Source: Vicugna vicugna
Lineage: Eukaryota
Reading direction: 5' to 3'
Assembly: GCA_013265495.1 (NCBI GenBank)
Contig: MU058781.1
Location: forward strand, 1,964,963 to 2,022,913
DNA length: 57,951 nt
Shown here: positions 13,236 through 26,970 of the stretch, piece by piece
Layout: each line of letters opens with the position of its first letter
Position numbering within the stretch: the first letter of the stretch is position 1
Notes under the pieces: generated by a model
What the model was told of the DNA's origin: nothing
Databases searched by the model: none
What the model saw: the letters and a program-made list of their open reading frames with translations, nothing else
Position numbers and translations under genes: made by a program

Positions 13236-14282
13236 AGGGCCAGCATCATGGCGTGTGACCTGTGTGATCACCAGGACTCCATGGTCAGAAGGTCCCCGCA
13301 CTTGGTTTAATGCTCTGCTGACACCATCTTAAACTTCTGAAACGTTTTTTCTTTGAAATTGTATTTTGTAAGTGAATTCTGATGGGACAACAGAGCATGT
13401 ACAAGAACAGAAGAGATGCATACGGTCTGTGTGGCTGCCCTTTCTTACTGCCCCATCCTCACAGAATGCTGGCCGTAGCACACATTCCAGGGCACCCTCA
13501 ATGCGTGGGAGTTCACAGAGACTCAAAGCGAGTACAAGGTAAGTGTGTTTTGTCTACAGCTGAGTTAGCTGGGGAGGGGGAGGGGTGCCGACAGCCCCAA
13601 GAGGCCACATTTTCCATCTGAACCAAAACTTACTTCTCACCCAGAAAGGTAGTGGTTTTCTAAGAAACACGGACGACCAAAGAGCCCTATCATGTTTTCT
13701 TACTCTTGTTACTTCCCTGCATGAGCTGATGACTTGACTGATGCTGAAAATGATGACAGAGAAGGAAAGGGAAAGATAAGGCCACCCATAGTTTTTGGGG
13801 TTTTTTTAACCCATAGTTTTTTTCCTCTTAATTCTTCCTTACTCATCAGCAAGCTAAAGGTAGGGACTTGGTAAAATGTGCATGCATCAAGAAACGAAAT
13901 AAAAACAGATGAGTTGGTTTTGTATAGCTTTTCCACTGTTAGGGTAAGAATGAAACATGCAAATTGTGTAATTTTGGCTATTAGCATATGAGTTAAATGC
14001 TCTTATATTTGCATTTAAAACAGGCATCCTACGATATAGTGATGAAAGGGGTAAAATTTATGCTAACAATTTAAAATTTAAATTTGCCTTTACTTAGAGT
14101 AGCATTCAATGGTGTCATTAAAAAAAAAAAAACAACATGACAAGTGAAGAAAGAAACTGTGGAAGAAAGGAAAAGGCTTTATTTTAGTACCTCTAATGGC
14201 ACCTTCCTCCTGCTTTTTAAAAAAGAGCTCTCACATTTTCATTTTGCACCGGGCCCTGGCTGTATGATTTTGCTTTTCCTGC
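13236..14282. mobile_element. MER45B/R-like hAT-Tip100 element
   Basis: cagggccagcatcatggcgtgtgacctgtg...cattttgcaccgggccc termini. Confidence 0.7.
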
Positions 14283-14871
14283 AGCCACAGTGGACCATCC
14301 TCAGGCTGTAGGACTCCATTAGCCTGTGCGCACAGACAGTGCCCGGGAACCGACGTCCCCGGGAAGCAGCAGTGCACCAATGACCGGCAGAATGGGGGGT
14401 ATCAAGGCCCCAGCTCCTGTGTTGCCCCTTAGGCACAGCCTTGGGATGCGGCGGGGACCAACTCCAAGCTCCCCGGTGGGACTGATCCAAGTTACCCTCT
14501 ATCCAACTTCATTCTCAGCAGTGTGTACTTTTTTGCTTGTGGTCCCACTTCCTCACTCCTTGCCAGTTTTTCCCCAGGGAGATTTCTGAAATGATCACTT
14601 TCGTTGACCTGAACCACCATGGCCATAGCTCTTGAAATCTGGGCCCAGCCAGCTGAAACATTTGAGTGCGCTGAAAGAACTCACCCGTCCTTCTCAGCTC
14701 TGTGACCCTTCTCTGCCAAGGTCACTGTTTTTTGTGAGGTGTCAGTGGTAGATGGCAATCAGCTTGTGGGGTAGGAAGCCTAACACTGTGGACATTTCCA
14801 AAGGCGTCTTCTAGAAACGTTGAGTTTTAAGGTTATGTTGAAACTTTTTATGCAAAAATCTTTTTGTGCAG

Positions 14872-15194
14872 GGGAGAAGGAATTTAGAAGGTACTTTAAA
14901 GAGCGGCTCATCATGGGTGGCGCCGCCACCAAGCAGAGCTCTGGGCAGATCCAGGCCAAGCCCCTGGCGAGGGAAGAACAGATGGCTTGGATCTCAGGGA
15001 AATGGGCTCTATTTACCTAACGAGCCTCCTGATGTCACAGTGCCCCCAGCTCTGCTTGCTTGGCTGGGCGAAAGGAGACTAAACCTTACAAACAACCAGC
15101 TTTGTTTCACCTGTTCAAATCGGTCATAATTCATTCTGTAAAACTTGGGCTGGTACCGGAACAAAAGTCGTATTATCTTTTCCTGCTCATCCAG
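14872..15194 (+). pseudogene. candidate pseudo-exon, RGS22 N-terminus-like
   Basis: tctttttgtgcag / cag|gtgcag; EKEFRRYFKERLI...PLAREEQMAWI (cf. recalled RGS22 LSREEGIKWI) ...QKSYYLFLLIQ. Confidence 0.6.
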
Positions 15195-15819
15195 GTGCAG
15201 GGTTCCTTAACCTCACAGTCTTGGAAAGCCTTTTCACCTTCTCTGCCTGGAGAATTTTTATCCCTTCTTCCAAATGCAGCACAGGGTCAGTAGTCTGTCC
15301 TTCCCAGGCCGCATCGTATCCCCATGTATTTGTGTACAGTTGCCATGCCCCTTAGGATATAGGGACTTCAAATCAGAATCTTTACCTTCTTCATCTTTGA
15401 AGCCCCGCAGCTTTGCACAACGCTTGTCATAGAGCTGATCTCAGAAGCGCTTATTACACAACCACAGGGCAGCTCTCTGACCCAGGCCCCAGGCTGAGTG
15501 CTTCACAGGCATCACTGTCTTCCTTCTTCTGGTCAACACAGTTCGTATCTATAAGGAGGGCACTGGGATCCTCGTTTTACAGTTGAGGAAACAGGCTGAG
15601 GAAGGGTTAGTAAGATCTACCCTCAGATCACCTAGCTTCCCTCACTGTAGAAACCCAGAGCCTGTGTTTTTCACCGTGAAAAAAATGAAGTCGGTGAAGA
15701 GGTATTTACAAGGCTGTCAGGAGGAGCGCTCATTAGAAAGACAGACTTGTCTGTACAGCGGCCTCTCAATTAAACGGTGGAGCAAAGTTCCTTCCATCAA
15801 AGCCTCTTTTCTCTCCCAG

Positions 15820-16004
15820 CTCTATGTGGAACCAATGTTCACCGAGCTTTGGTATCAGAAGGCCTTGTTACTCAGATATTTAGTTCTGCTGCAAATTAAA
15901 AGTGGTAAAGAAACCAAGCGCAGCTGCAGAACCAGGCTCCTCCCAGCTCCTGATCACAGCCCGCCGCAGGACCCCACCAAGGCCGCACTGTGCGTTTACG
16001 GCAC
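15820..16004 (+). pseudogene. candidate pseudo-exon
   Basis: ttttctctcccag acceptor, phase 0 matching the previous donor; open LYVEPMFTELWYQKALLLRYLVLLQIK... Confidence 0.55.
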
Positions 16005-16650
16005 GTAGGAAATTCTTGAGGGTGGTACCAATGTACCAATTAAAGACGCTGGCATTTTTGGCCCCATGGGGCAGACAAGGAAAAGGGATTTTATTTTGTT
16101 ATGAGAAACACTTTCTCGGTTGTATTTAACTCTCATTGTTCATGAAGGGTTTTAGAGTATTGCTCAAGAATATGAACACCATGCTTGAGTCATCTGGACA
16201 TACTGGACTTTCATAGCCTAATGAGTGATGTTTTATATTGAATTTCTTTTGAATTCAGTGTGGATTCATTTTTTTTTTTTAAATCACAGAAATTCACTAG
16301 CTCGCCTGCCCCTATCTGCCTCCAGCCTTGGTCACTGAGGACGAGGGAGAACGTGGGTGACTCCACAAGTCTTGATCAAGGCTGAGGGCTTGCCTGGGGC
16401 CCAGTGATCCTGTTCCTGGGGTGTCTTGCTTCTTCATCCACTTAGGAACCACAGGCCCCATAGTGCTGGCTGTCTGGACTTGGAGTTGTCATTTACAGCC
16501 ACCCAAACTTTGAGGATGATGGAGTTATGAAAACATAAGAAATGGAATCAGATGGGGGAAGAGTTTTGAGAACCACAAAAAAGAGAGAGAGGAAGGGTTG
16601 TGAGGTGGAGGAAGTGATAAATTGATGGTTAGAGAGATCTGGGTTTTAGG

Positions 16651-16762
16651 TAGGGTGATCGTATCATTTATTATCCGAACTGGAGCTCTTGTGAGGATGA
16701 GAGAGAGTCCTATTGACAACACGCACACACAGGGATGGTCCTGGTGTGGCATGGTCACCATA
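16651..16762. mobile_element. MER81-like hAT-Blackjack MITE
   Basis: TIRs tagggtgatc / ggtcaccata. Confidence 0.6.
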
Positions 16763-17087
16763 GTTCTAGGACACCAACCAGCTGTCTAACCTTCAGCAAG
16801 TCACTGAATATCTCTGGGCCTCAACTTCCTTTCACGAAAGAGACAACCTCAGTCTCCCCAGCCTTTTTCCATGAAGGGCCCCTTCTCTAATTCTCCCCAC
16901 AAACTCCATGTTTTCAGGAGGATCATGTCAAGTGATGCTGAGTCATGTATGAATAGACCTTCTGTCAATCAGCATTTTTAATCAGCATGAAATAATCAGT
17001 TACCGCACCACGTTAATGCAGTCTTAGGCAAAAGGAAGGGAAAAAAAGACCTTGATATTTTAATATACCCATGAGTCTTATTTACAG

Positions 17088-17168
17088 GAAATGAAAGAGT
17101 TCTGACACCACTTTTTGAAAATAATAGCTTGTGGAGCCCTCCGGTGTCTTCATAATCAACAGACACCG
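17088..17168 (+). pseudogene. candidate pseudo-exon (81 nt)
   Basis: ttatttacag / ccg|gtaggt; EMKEF*HHFLKIIACGALRCLHNQQTP with a single TGA at 17103. Confidence 0.5.
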
Positions 17169-19391
17169 GTAGGTTGAAAACTACTTGATTGGACGATCTG
17201 TTCGCTCCTCTCCAGCTCTTTCTCTGATCACCTGATAACTTTAGTGCCTCCCTCCGTGAAATACAGGGAGAGAGAGAAGATGGAAAATAAAAGAGGGGCG
17301 GCTAAGACCTGAAGCTGCTGGCTGTTCATGGGCGTCTAGGTAGGGAAGCTGTGTGAGGATGTTAGTTGGGGAGGGGATCCCCTTATCTCAGGGCATCTGG
17401 CCAAAGTTCCCACAGCGGGAAAAGAAATCCTTTGCCCTGGGGCAAATTTGCTCCCAACTTAGGGCCTCCCGCTCCACACCTGGGAGAGAGTCGTCATAGC
17501 ATGTATTCACAGCCTTAGGAGATCAACAGGGAGCAGGAACGGAATGACTGAGCAGCTGGTCACTCTCTTCTCCCGTTTCCCACTCATACCATTTCACTCT
17601 AAGGGAAGAAATGGGGCAGTCAACACCCCTCCGCAGATCTGTCAAAGTGGGCCTCAGATCTGAGGTCTGCAGAATCAGCTGGTAAAATAAATAAAGGATA
17701 AGTCAGCGACCTAAATACTCCATGGGTCTTGCTAATAATATTCTGGATTCTAAAGCAATAAGCTTGCAAGGTGCTTAGTGTGGGGAATGCCAGCCACCAA
17801 CTGTTATGGGGAAATGAGGGTGGTTAGGGGGTGGCTGGTTGTGATGATGACTGAAGGTAGACACCACTAGCATTTTGTGCCCAGAAGTTGGGGATGCTAA
17901 ATGCCCTGCTGTGAGCCAGAGACGCTCACGTAATCAAGAGTCACCCCACCCCAAGTGCTGAAAGCATCCCCACCGAGAAACACTGAGTGTAAGGATGGGC
18001 ACGTGTAAAGCATTGTTTAGACTCTAGAAAGAGGGCTCAAATCACACCGGCCAGCTTCCTATGGTGCCAGGCCACTGGGCAGAACTTCCAGCTGGAGCCA
18101 GTTAGTTCTGATAGGTCCTGGGCGAAAGGCAGGAGCAGAGGTCACAGCAGCAGACAGTGTGTAACTCACCCCCACCCCAGGCTAAAGTACACAAAGCATT
18201 TTGCCAGCGCTCTCTCTTTTCTCTCCATGTTGACAGAACGGCTGAATCATTGTCTTCATTTACTTACGAGAGGATTGACATCGTCCCTCCAAACAGAGAA
18301 GCAGCTTGAGCTAAACCCAGCACGCAAGTACGCAGCCAGCAGGGCAGTCCTTGTTCTCTGCTTTGCCTTCCATGTACGCCTGGACTTCTCCTGATTCGGT
18401 TTCGCTCATTTCAGCTAGAAGTGTGTGGGGGAGAAACTCCCCCAGTCTGCCCGGGGAATGGTTGACTCAGCTCTGCTGTGAGTTACTGGCCCCCGGGCTG
18501 GGGGCGGCAGGCAAGGGCTCCCCCCGCCACCCCGATCCCGTGAGATGTCTCCTGAAAGGGAAGAGGTCATTGACGACCCACAAAGCAGGCTGTGGCCATA
18601 AATATTTCAGAATTTGGTTTCCTTAAAATCTTAAATAATGGAAAACATTTGCTTGTTTAAGACTTTTAAGTCCCCCAATCTTTGGATTCAATCTCCCACG
18701 TCTTGCTTCAGAATTCCACGGTGAGGCACAGGCATGACATCATAGTCGGGAGGAATGCTCGGCACTTATAGCCTCGCCCGGGCCGGAGGGAAGTGCTAAG
18801 CTCCGGAGAGGGCCCAGAGACAAGCCTACGAGTGCGGCCTAGCGCATGTCAAAGAGCCTTGCAAGGGCAAACATCTTTATGACTTTGGTCCTGGGAAGCG
18901 AGACCCGGCCCGGGATTAGGATTTACAGCTGACAGGCTGCTGCTGAGGCAGTCATGGCCTCTCAGTGCACGAATGGCCACTTTGGGAGCAGGGGGCTTAG
19001 CACACCAGGCTGGAAATCTCCGAGTGAAGTGGGGGCAACCCCGTTCACCCGTGCTGGGGTAAGTTTACTCACCCCACCACCTGCCCCTAGGGCCTTTTCT
19101 CTGCCTGCCTTTGATTTACAGCCCTCCCTGAAGTTCTGCGGAGCTTTGACACACGTGACACTTTAGCATCAAGGGAATTCCCAAGACCCAGGGAAGGATG
19201 TCTTTCTTGGCTATAAACGTCACTCCGAAATTCTTCCCATCTGTAATGTTTCCAGAGCACGTGAAACGTGCATGGTCTGCCCCTGCAGAGTCTCCGTCCT
19301 CCAAGACCTCACACCTCCCTGAACCTATCTTGCTTACGAGAGTGCTTACAAGCTGTCATCTCTGACCCCAATGCATCAGCCAGGTTGCCTA

Positions 19392-19608
19392 CAGTGGTTC
19401 TCAACTGGGAGCAGTCTTGTCCCCTAGGGGACATTTGGCGATGTCTAGAGACATTTTTGATGATCACAACTGGATGGAAGGTGTTATTAGCATGTAGGCG
19501 ACAGAGGCCAGAGATGCTTCTAAACATCGTACAGCACACAGGACAAATCCCCACAACGAAGAAGGATCCAGTCCAAAATGTCACTGGTGCCAGGGTTGAG
19601 GAACCCTG
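19392..19608. mobile_element. MER20 DNA transposon
   Basis: cagtggttctcaactgg...ggggacatttggcgatgtctagagac...gttgaggaaccctg; explains ORF 19268..19744. Confidence 0.85.
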
Positions 19609-19664
19609 CACTGGGGCAAGGGTAGACCACCTCTGCATAGGCCAAGGAAGCAATTGTCTAAACC

Positions 19665-19872
19665 TGTGCTGTCTGATGGAACTTGCTTTGATCAGGGAAA
19701 TGTTTAGTATTTGCGTTGTCCAACGTCAGTCAGGAGACACATGAGGTTATTTAGCACTTGAAACACGGTCAGTGTGACTAAAGAACTGGATTTTTAAATT
19801 TTATTTACTTTTATTTAATTAAATTTTAATCATTCCATGCGGCTAGTGACTACTGTTTTGGACAGTGCAGTT
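19665..19872. mobile_element. MER3-like hAT-Charlie element
   Basis: gcacttgaaa...ggctagtgactactgttttggacagtgcag. Confidence 0.7.
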
Positions 19873-20500
19873 CTGTATAATGGGAGGTTAGATGCACTGG
19901 GATAGCCTGCCCTGGCTGCTTATCTACTCCACTGGCTTATAATTAAAATTCCACAGTTAGACATTCCTTCTTTAGCTAAGACTTTGATCCATATTGATAT
20001 GATATTACCCTGGGAGGGAGATGACCTTTAATTTATCAAGAACTGGTGCTAATTTAAAATGATTTATGGGTCTGAAAGATATTTCGACAGGAGCAGGGAG
20101 CACTGGGGGCCCTGAAGTGAAGGAGAGGCCACCATGAGATGGGGGACTTGGCTGGGGGGCGCATCTAGAGGAAAATGGAGGAAGCGGTGACCTGTGCTTA
20201 CTTTAATCATATAAACTCTGCTGAGAACAGAAGCCAGATACAGTCGTCCTTTAGTATCCGCAGGGGACTGGCTCTAGTATCCTCCACAAATATCAAAATC
20301 TGCAGAACCTCAAGCCCCTTATATAAGACGCTGGAGTAGAGTTGGCCTGGGGAGGCAGGACTCACAGAGGTGGAAACCCTGCACTCGGGATTCCCATTCA
20401 GACACACCCTCTGAGAAAACTAGAGCCAAAGGGAGGCAGAAAAGACCAAGTACATCACAAAGGCAAGCCTGTTTCCTGCTCCTTCTCTATCTGCCTTTAG

Positions 20501-20845
20501 CTCTTAGGCCAAGTCTCCGAGCACTGAACTATCTGCTGCCCCTCCCACGTGTAGCCCAAATAAAAGCAACAGCAAACCACAGACAATGCACCGAATAGTT
20601 TGCCCTGTGATCTGGTTCTGAAATTCTGGATCAGTTCATCAAAGCCATATTGCTGTGATTTCTGCTGGTGCCCTAAGCAGGTGCGCGCCTCCTTCTTAGC
20701 CTGGCTCTGCCTCGGGGTCTGGGCTTTTGGGCCTATTTCTCCATAATCCACTGCCTAGCTCGCTTATTGCACAGATTTTCCTTGACGAAGTATTCTGTGT
20801 TCGACTTTAAAGATTTCTAGAGAAGGAAGTCACCAGCCTCACTTG
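20501..20845 (+). pseudogene. candidate pseudo-exon ending in an RGS-domain start
   Basis: ttctctatctgcctttag / ttg|gtgagt; IAQIFLDEVFCVRL*RFLEKEV from 20766. Confidence 0.6.
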
Positions 20846-21237
20846 GTGAGTTGCATCTATCCATGTTTCTTGAGACGAGGAAAAGAACAGTCACCAAGCC
20901 AAACCAAACTCAAACCCTCTCCCCCTAAGTGTTCTGCAGGGACCCAGCTGGAGCTCCTGGTGGCATCAGTGTGGGTCATTCCAGTGAGGAACAATGGAGA
21001 TTGAACAGAATGAGTCAGTCCACCAAAATGATGACAGGGGTGGGGAACTATGATATAAGGAGAGCTAAAAAGACGAGAGTGCCTCTGCCCAGAAAGACAC
21101 AGCTGAGAGATGTGTGACTGAGAGGAGAGAGACTTGCGAGCCGCGACTATTTCAGAAATCATAGTTGGTCTGAATGTGGCAGGAGTGAGGGGTGTGGAGG
21201 GGAAGGCAGGTAAATTCAGGACAGTCACAGGAGGCAA

Positions 21238-23340
21238 GTCTTAGTCTACTCAGGTTGCTATAACAAAAATACCATAGACTGGGTGCTTATAAACAACAGA
21301 AGCTTATTTCTCTCTGTTCCGGGGGCAGGGAAGTCCCAGATCAAGGCACCAGCAGACTTGGTGTCTGATGAGGGCTCACTCCCTGGTTTATAGACATTCT
21401 ATCACTGCATCCTCACATGAAGGAGGGGACAAGAGAGTTCCCTGTGGTCACTTTTATAAGGGCATTAAATCCATTCATAAGGACTCCACCCTCATGGCCT
21501 AACAACCTTCCAAGGGCCCCACCTCCAAATGCCATCACATGGCTGATCAGGTTTCAGTATATGACCTTTAGGGAGACACAGACATTCAGTCTATAGCACT
21601 CTGCCTTGGTCCCCCTGAAAGTCACATCCTTCTTGCATACAAAATGCCTTCCTTTCATCTCAATAGCTCTCAAAAAGTCTTAACTTAGTTTAGCAGCAGT
21701 TCAGAAGTCTAAGTCCAAGGTCTCATCTAAATATCATCTAAATCAGATATGGGAGAGAGTCAAGGTGTGTGAGTTATCCTTCGGCAAATTCCTTTCCAGT
21801 TGTGAATCTCTGAAACCAGACAAGTTATGTGCTTCTAAAATACAGTGACAGGACAGGCATAGGATAGACATCATGTAGAAGCAGGAAAGAAGACAGGGGT
21901 GTCCCAAGACCTAACAGGATAAACAGCATTAATCCTTAAAGCCCAAGAATCTTCCTCTTTGACTCAATCCTCTGCCTGCCAGGCCAACTGGGGTGGCAAT
22001 GTCACCTCATATCTCAGTGGGACGGCTTGGTAGTGGCCCTCTGCTAGGACCTCATCTCTGCCCCACCATGGTTCTCTGCTGGGGCCCTGTGGCTCTCCCA
22101 GGCAGCCCTCTTCATGCCACGGTCCCACTGGAGGCAGCCCAAGTTGGGGCTCTCTCTGCAGGGACCCCACCCCCAAAGCACTGCAGGGGCATCTTGCCTC
22201 ACCTGACATAGAAAGGTGGCCCCAGGCTGCAATCCCTCTGCCCCCTAGGCCCTTGCTCCCTGGGCCTGTGATAGGAGGGGTATGTCTGATGGCCTCTGAA
22301 CCGCCTTCAGGGTCAATGTCTTGAAGAGCAGCACCTGGCCTGAGATGGCAGACCATAAACATCGCCTGGCCACACTCCTTGTGTTCTCGTTTTTTGCCAC
22401 GTGGACAGGCTGAGAGTTTTCCAAGTCTTGAAGTTCTGCTTTCTTTTTGTTTAGCAATTCCATCTTTCAGTTTTTTCTCACTCCTTGACTTTTGCTATAA
22501 GCAGTCAGGAGGAGCCAAGACGCACCTTCTACACTTTGCTTAGAAAGAGCTTCAGCTACAGATCCAATGTCATCACACACTAGTTCCACCTTCCACAAAA
22601 CACTAAAGCACAGGCACAACTCAGCCAAGTTCTTTGCCAGTTTTAACAAGGATGGATTTTCCTCCAGTTTCCAATAACATGATCCTCATTTTCATTTGAG
22701 ATCTCATCAAAACGGCTTTTACTGTCAGTATTTCTACCGACGCTCCTTCGGTTCGTGACTACTGAGGGATTCTCTGAGACGGAGGCTTTCTCTAAGGCTC
22801 TCTTTCTTTCTGAGCTCCCGCCAGAGTCGCCCTTAACTGTCCATTTATGGCAATGGAGGATCTTTCTAGCATGCACCTCAAAACTCTTCCAGCCCCTACC
22901 CATTACCCGGTTCTGATGCCCCCACACTTGGAGGTCTCTGTTACAACTGCACCCCGCTTCTCAGTAGCAGTTTCTGCCTTAGCCTGTTCGGGCTGCTATA
23001 ACAAAAATGTCATACGCTGGGCAGCTTATAAACAAACATTTATTTCCCACAGTCCTGGAGGCTGGCAATTCAAGATCAAGGTGTCAGTAGATTTGGTGTC
23101 TGGTAAGAGTCCTCTTCCTGGTTCACAGACAGCCTTCCTCTTGCTGTGTCCCCAGATGCACAAGGGACAAGCGAGCTCTTGGGGGTTTCTCAAAGGAGCA
23201 CTAGTCCCATTCATGGGCTCCACCCTCATGACCTAGTCATCCCCAAAGGCCCCACTTCCTAACACCATTACATGGAAGATTAGGTTTCAACCTGTGAATG
23301 GTGGGGGACAGCGGGGGCACGAACGTTCATCCTATGGCCA
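21238..23340 (-). mobile_element. MaLR (MLT1A-type) provirus: LTR 21238-21597, internal region, LTR ~22976-23340
   Basis: two homologous LTRs (gctataacaaaaat...gcttataaacaa...ctccaccctcatg..cta) flanking an MLT1-int-like region. Confidence 0.8.
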
Positions 23341-24040
23341 TTACTTAATACAGTGCAGCAGTGGGAGGAGGGGGGAAGGGAGGTGATTTAAGAGCCCTTT
23401 ATCCCAGTGCCAAAGGATGCAGAAATAAAGAGGTCAAGGATGTTCAGATGGAAAATGACAGTTCCACAATGAACTCTTGATGAGAGGAAACTAGGGTGTT
23501 TAAAGCTAATCTCTTGAGATAAGCAAAGAGAGGTGCTGAATCGCCTTCCCGTAATGACCCCTGTGCCGTTCTCCAAAACAGGACACTAGGCAGTCCTGCC
23601 ACAAGCCTGGGCTTAGCTCACCTGGCCGCTCTGGCCATGGAATAGAAGTGAGCCAACCTCGTAAGCGTGTTTGCCATTTACCCGGATTGGACACAAGCGG
23701 CAATCACAGGTGAGTGTTAAAACAGGCTGAGAAGCACAACACTTCCTGGGAAGAAGGGGGCGCTCCCCTGCGGCAGCAGCAAGTCCAGACACATGGTGGG
23801 GGGGCTGCCGTTCAAATGCACTAACAGCTGGTTTTAAACTGATCCACTTTAAGTCTTTGAGTGCAATGGCTGATTGTTGGGTCAACAAACATGAAAAGCT
23901 TTGTCATTGGCCCAAGTTTGAACCAGAAGCAACATGTCTTTCATGAGCATTTAGGATGAAAGATGTAAGATTAAGGAGGAAAATGTTGGGAACAGTGAAC
24001 ACCAGTTGAGGGTCTTTTTTTATGTGTGTTTTGCTCTAAG

Positions 24041-24340
24041 AGAAGAAGTAAGGCAATAAGGTCTATGAAATGTCCTCGATCTTTTCTCAACCCAGTTTGT
24101 AAACGGAGGGTTACATTCACGTCTCCATGATAAGTACTGGAGGGCAGGGTTTCCAATGAGACTTTCAGCTTTTAGCTTAATAAGACGATGACACTCATCC
24201 AGAGTGGTGCAGTGAACAGTGGCTCAAGGAGCACTTTACCAAGTGAAAATTTGACCACACCATGCCTCTTTTTAAAATCCTGAAAATTAATCAGAGGATC
24301 CCCATTACCTCCAGGATGGGGGGGGCGGGGTCTCCTTGTT
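24041..24340 (+). pseudogene. candidate pseudo-exon
   Basis: ttttgctctaag acceptor; frameshifted NVLDLFSTQFVNGG / SEQWLKEHFTK*KF; end approximate. Confidence 0.4.
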
Positions 24341-24980
24341 AGTACGTACACCCTCGCCTTCACTCCCATCACACAGAGATACTTTCAGTACTCGGGTGCT
24401 TCACATCCCTTGTAACTCATACCCTTGCACGTGCTGTTCCTTCAGAATCACATACATCTTCTCTGTGAAACCAACCTCGACAAACCTTGAATTACATTCT
24501 CCTCTGCACTCTGTGCTTAGCTTCATTATAGCACCCATCACATCATACTGGAATTACCTCCCAACTCAACTTTGTGATTCTTGAGGCCAGGGGGCAGGTG
24601 CTAAGTTGCAGTCATCTCTGCTCTCCCAATGTACACAGCACAGTGCCAGGCACAAAGGTAGTAGGAGGCCAATACATACTTAATGATGGAATGGGTGAGT
24701 TTCAATGAACTATAAATGATGGAGAGCTCTCTGACAGTGGCACATCCCGTATTTTCTCTTTGGCAGAATAAATGCTAATAGAAGAGTTAAATAAGAGCAA
24801 TAGAGCAATAAATGCTACTAAGAGAAGACCTTCCTATCAGTGCCGCACAGACTAAGATATATTCTAAACCCCACGGTTTCCCTTAAGATAAATGAAAATA
24901 AAAAGTAAGGGCAGAAATAGTTCATATACTTCAGAAGAAAAAGGAAGGAAGGAAGGGAGGGAGGGCTTTGCTTCTGAAAG

Positions 24981-25230
24981 TCTACCTCAGGTACAAGAAA
25001 AGAGATTACTTGTATTTTGCTCTGATGCTTGTCAATGGACACAAAAAAGAAAGTGACTGACATTGATTACATTCCACCCATGAGATTAAAAGAGAAACGT
25101 CTTTCAGGTCCCAGTTGATCAAAAGCTATATGATTGTATTTCAATCATAAACTTTTCTCAGGAAGCTCAGCAGTGCAGGAGTTGCATTAGACAATGGAAA
25201 CCAGGCGGCACTAACAATGAGCACCTGATT
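24981..25230 (+). pseudogene. candidate pseudo-exon, RGS core
   Basis: YLRYKKRDYLYFALMLV...TFLRKLSSAGVALDNGNQAAL (25151-25213), like the RGS 'YI...A..EVNLD' segment; end approximate. Confidence 0.5.
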
Positions 25231-25627
25231 AGTTAGTCTGTTTATTTCCCAATACCTCCGCTTTTCATTTTTGGGGAATGAATAAGCTTTATTACCCACC
25301 TCCACTGGACTTATTGTGCCTCCCAGGTGCTGATGCGTCTCTTGGAAAGAGCCACTCCCTCCCCTCCTCCTCTAACAGCAGCGACAGACAAAGCACTGTG
25401 AAGAGGGAGTGCTAGGACCAGCACCTCCCAGGATGCGGGGAAGACATCAGGTGAGTGACAGGTGCAGGGCTGGGCCGGCCACACAGCCTGGAGAGGTTTT
25501 CCCTCCTGGCAGAGAAGGCTGTCTCTGCTTGCTTCACTCGGAGATTGCTCATCAGGTGCGGCCGGGATTCCGGCAGCCCGCAGCTGTGTTTAGGAGTGCA
25601 TTTGTTTTATCTCCCACATCCTTTGAG

Positions 25628-25960
25628 GATTTCAGGGCAGGCCATTTTTATCGACTTTAATGAATGCTCTGGCAGTTTCTGAGCACAGGGCTGTATCTAC
25701 ATGCCCTGAAGAGTGATTATTTTCACTATTGCTGAGACTGACGAGGACACACATTCATGTATCCTTCTGCATGTCCTTTTCCTCGGACACATCCTCCATT
25801 TCAGACCTGAACAGGATGACAGCTGTAGGGAGAACGGCTTCAGCTCAGAAGTCGGGGTTGCCCGGTTTCCTCCCTTTCCCTCAGACCTCAGCAGCTCATC
25901 CATCACCTCTGGCTACTCTTTATAATCCTTTACCAGTTTTCAAATCTGGTCCCTAGATTG
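25628..25960 (+). pseudogene. candidate pseudo-exon, RGS C-terminal helix
   Basis: LWQFLSTGLYLHALKSD (25667-25717) resembles RGS consensus 'RFLKSxLY'; end approximate. Confidence 0.5.
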
Positions 25961-25993
25961 GCTAAATAAACGGCGCATCAATGACAAACCAAG

Positions 25994-26108
25994 GAGGGAG
26001 GGTATAGCTCAGTGGTAAAGTGCGTGCTTAGCGCGCACGAGGTTCCATCCACAGTACCTCCATTAAAATAAATTTAAAAAAATTTTTTAAAAATTACCCC
26101 TGCCAAAA
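25994..26108 (+). mobile_element. camelid Vic-1-type tRNA-derived SINE (internally deleted)
   Basis: ggagggtatagctcagtggtaaagtgcgtgcttagc; TSD caat(g/t)acaaaccaag at 25979-25993 / 26109-26123. Confidence 0.8.
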
Positions 26109-26824
26109 CAATTACAAACCAAGCTGTACCAAGTCACTTAATGGAATAGGGAAATACAATACATACCATGGAAAAAGCAGGTTACAAAATAATTTGAGTA
26201 AATGACTACATATGTATGTGGCTATGATTTTGAAAAGAAACTAGGCTTATTCTGGGAGTGGAATGAAGGGTCATTTTATTTTATTCTGTATGTATTTAAA
26301 AATGTTTTTCCAATGAGCTTGCAGTAACTTTTATAACCCGAAAAATCATACCAAATTTTAAGAAGGTGAAATGAAGGCCGGCAAATAGGGGAAAGTAAGT
26401 ATTCCCCAGCCCCTCTGCTCCTGTCATCACCACTGAGGTTTATGGCGCATTTTTCCCCTCACCTCCAAAAAATCTTCCTGCATGTCAGCCTCTCTTTAAT
26501 CTCTCCCACCTTATTCATTCCCTCTCATAAAGGTCTTCCTGTAAAGCAAATCTGACCAAATAGCTCCCCTAAATCCTCCAGAGTTTCCTGTAGGATAAAG
26601 AAGTCTCAAGTCCTCGGGCTCAAGATTCAAATGTTTCAGAAGCTCATCAGCACCTGAGGCTCAACTCTAACTCCCATGTCTCCAACCTGGGTCACTGGAA
26701 GGCTGTCCGGGTGTCTCCTGCTTTGAACATAAAAGCCCCTGGGACCCCCTTCTCCTCCTTCTCACCTCTCCCTGGCCTCACCTGCCTCATTTATCTCTGA
26801 TTCGACCTTCAAGAATCAGCTCTT

Positions 26825-26970
26825 TCTAAAAAATATTTTTTAACTTTTTTTTCTGGAGGGGAGGTAATTAGGTTTATTTATTCATTTATTTTTAGAGGAG
26901 GTACTGGGGATTGAACTCAGGACCTCGTGCATGCTGAGCACGTGCTCTACACTGAGCTCTGCCCTCCCCC
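26825..26970 (-). mobile_element. camelid Vic-1-type SINE inside an L2 relic
   Basis: ggaggtactggggattgaactcaggacctcgtgcatgctgagcacg; TSD aaga(a/g)tcagctctt at 26811-26824 / 26971-26984. Confidence 0.85.

Noticed and set aside
17652..17665. Perfect 14-bp palindrome cctcagatctgagg
   Set aside because: Roughly expected by chance in 58 kb.
19268..19744. 158-aa ORF
   Set aside because: Runs through MER20 and MER3 repeats.
25994..26070. tRNA-like sequence (tagctcagtggtaaag)
   Set aside because: SINE head with A-rich tail and TSD, not a tRNA gene.
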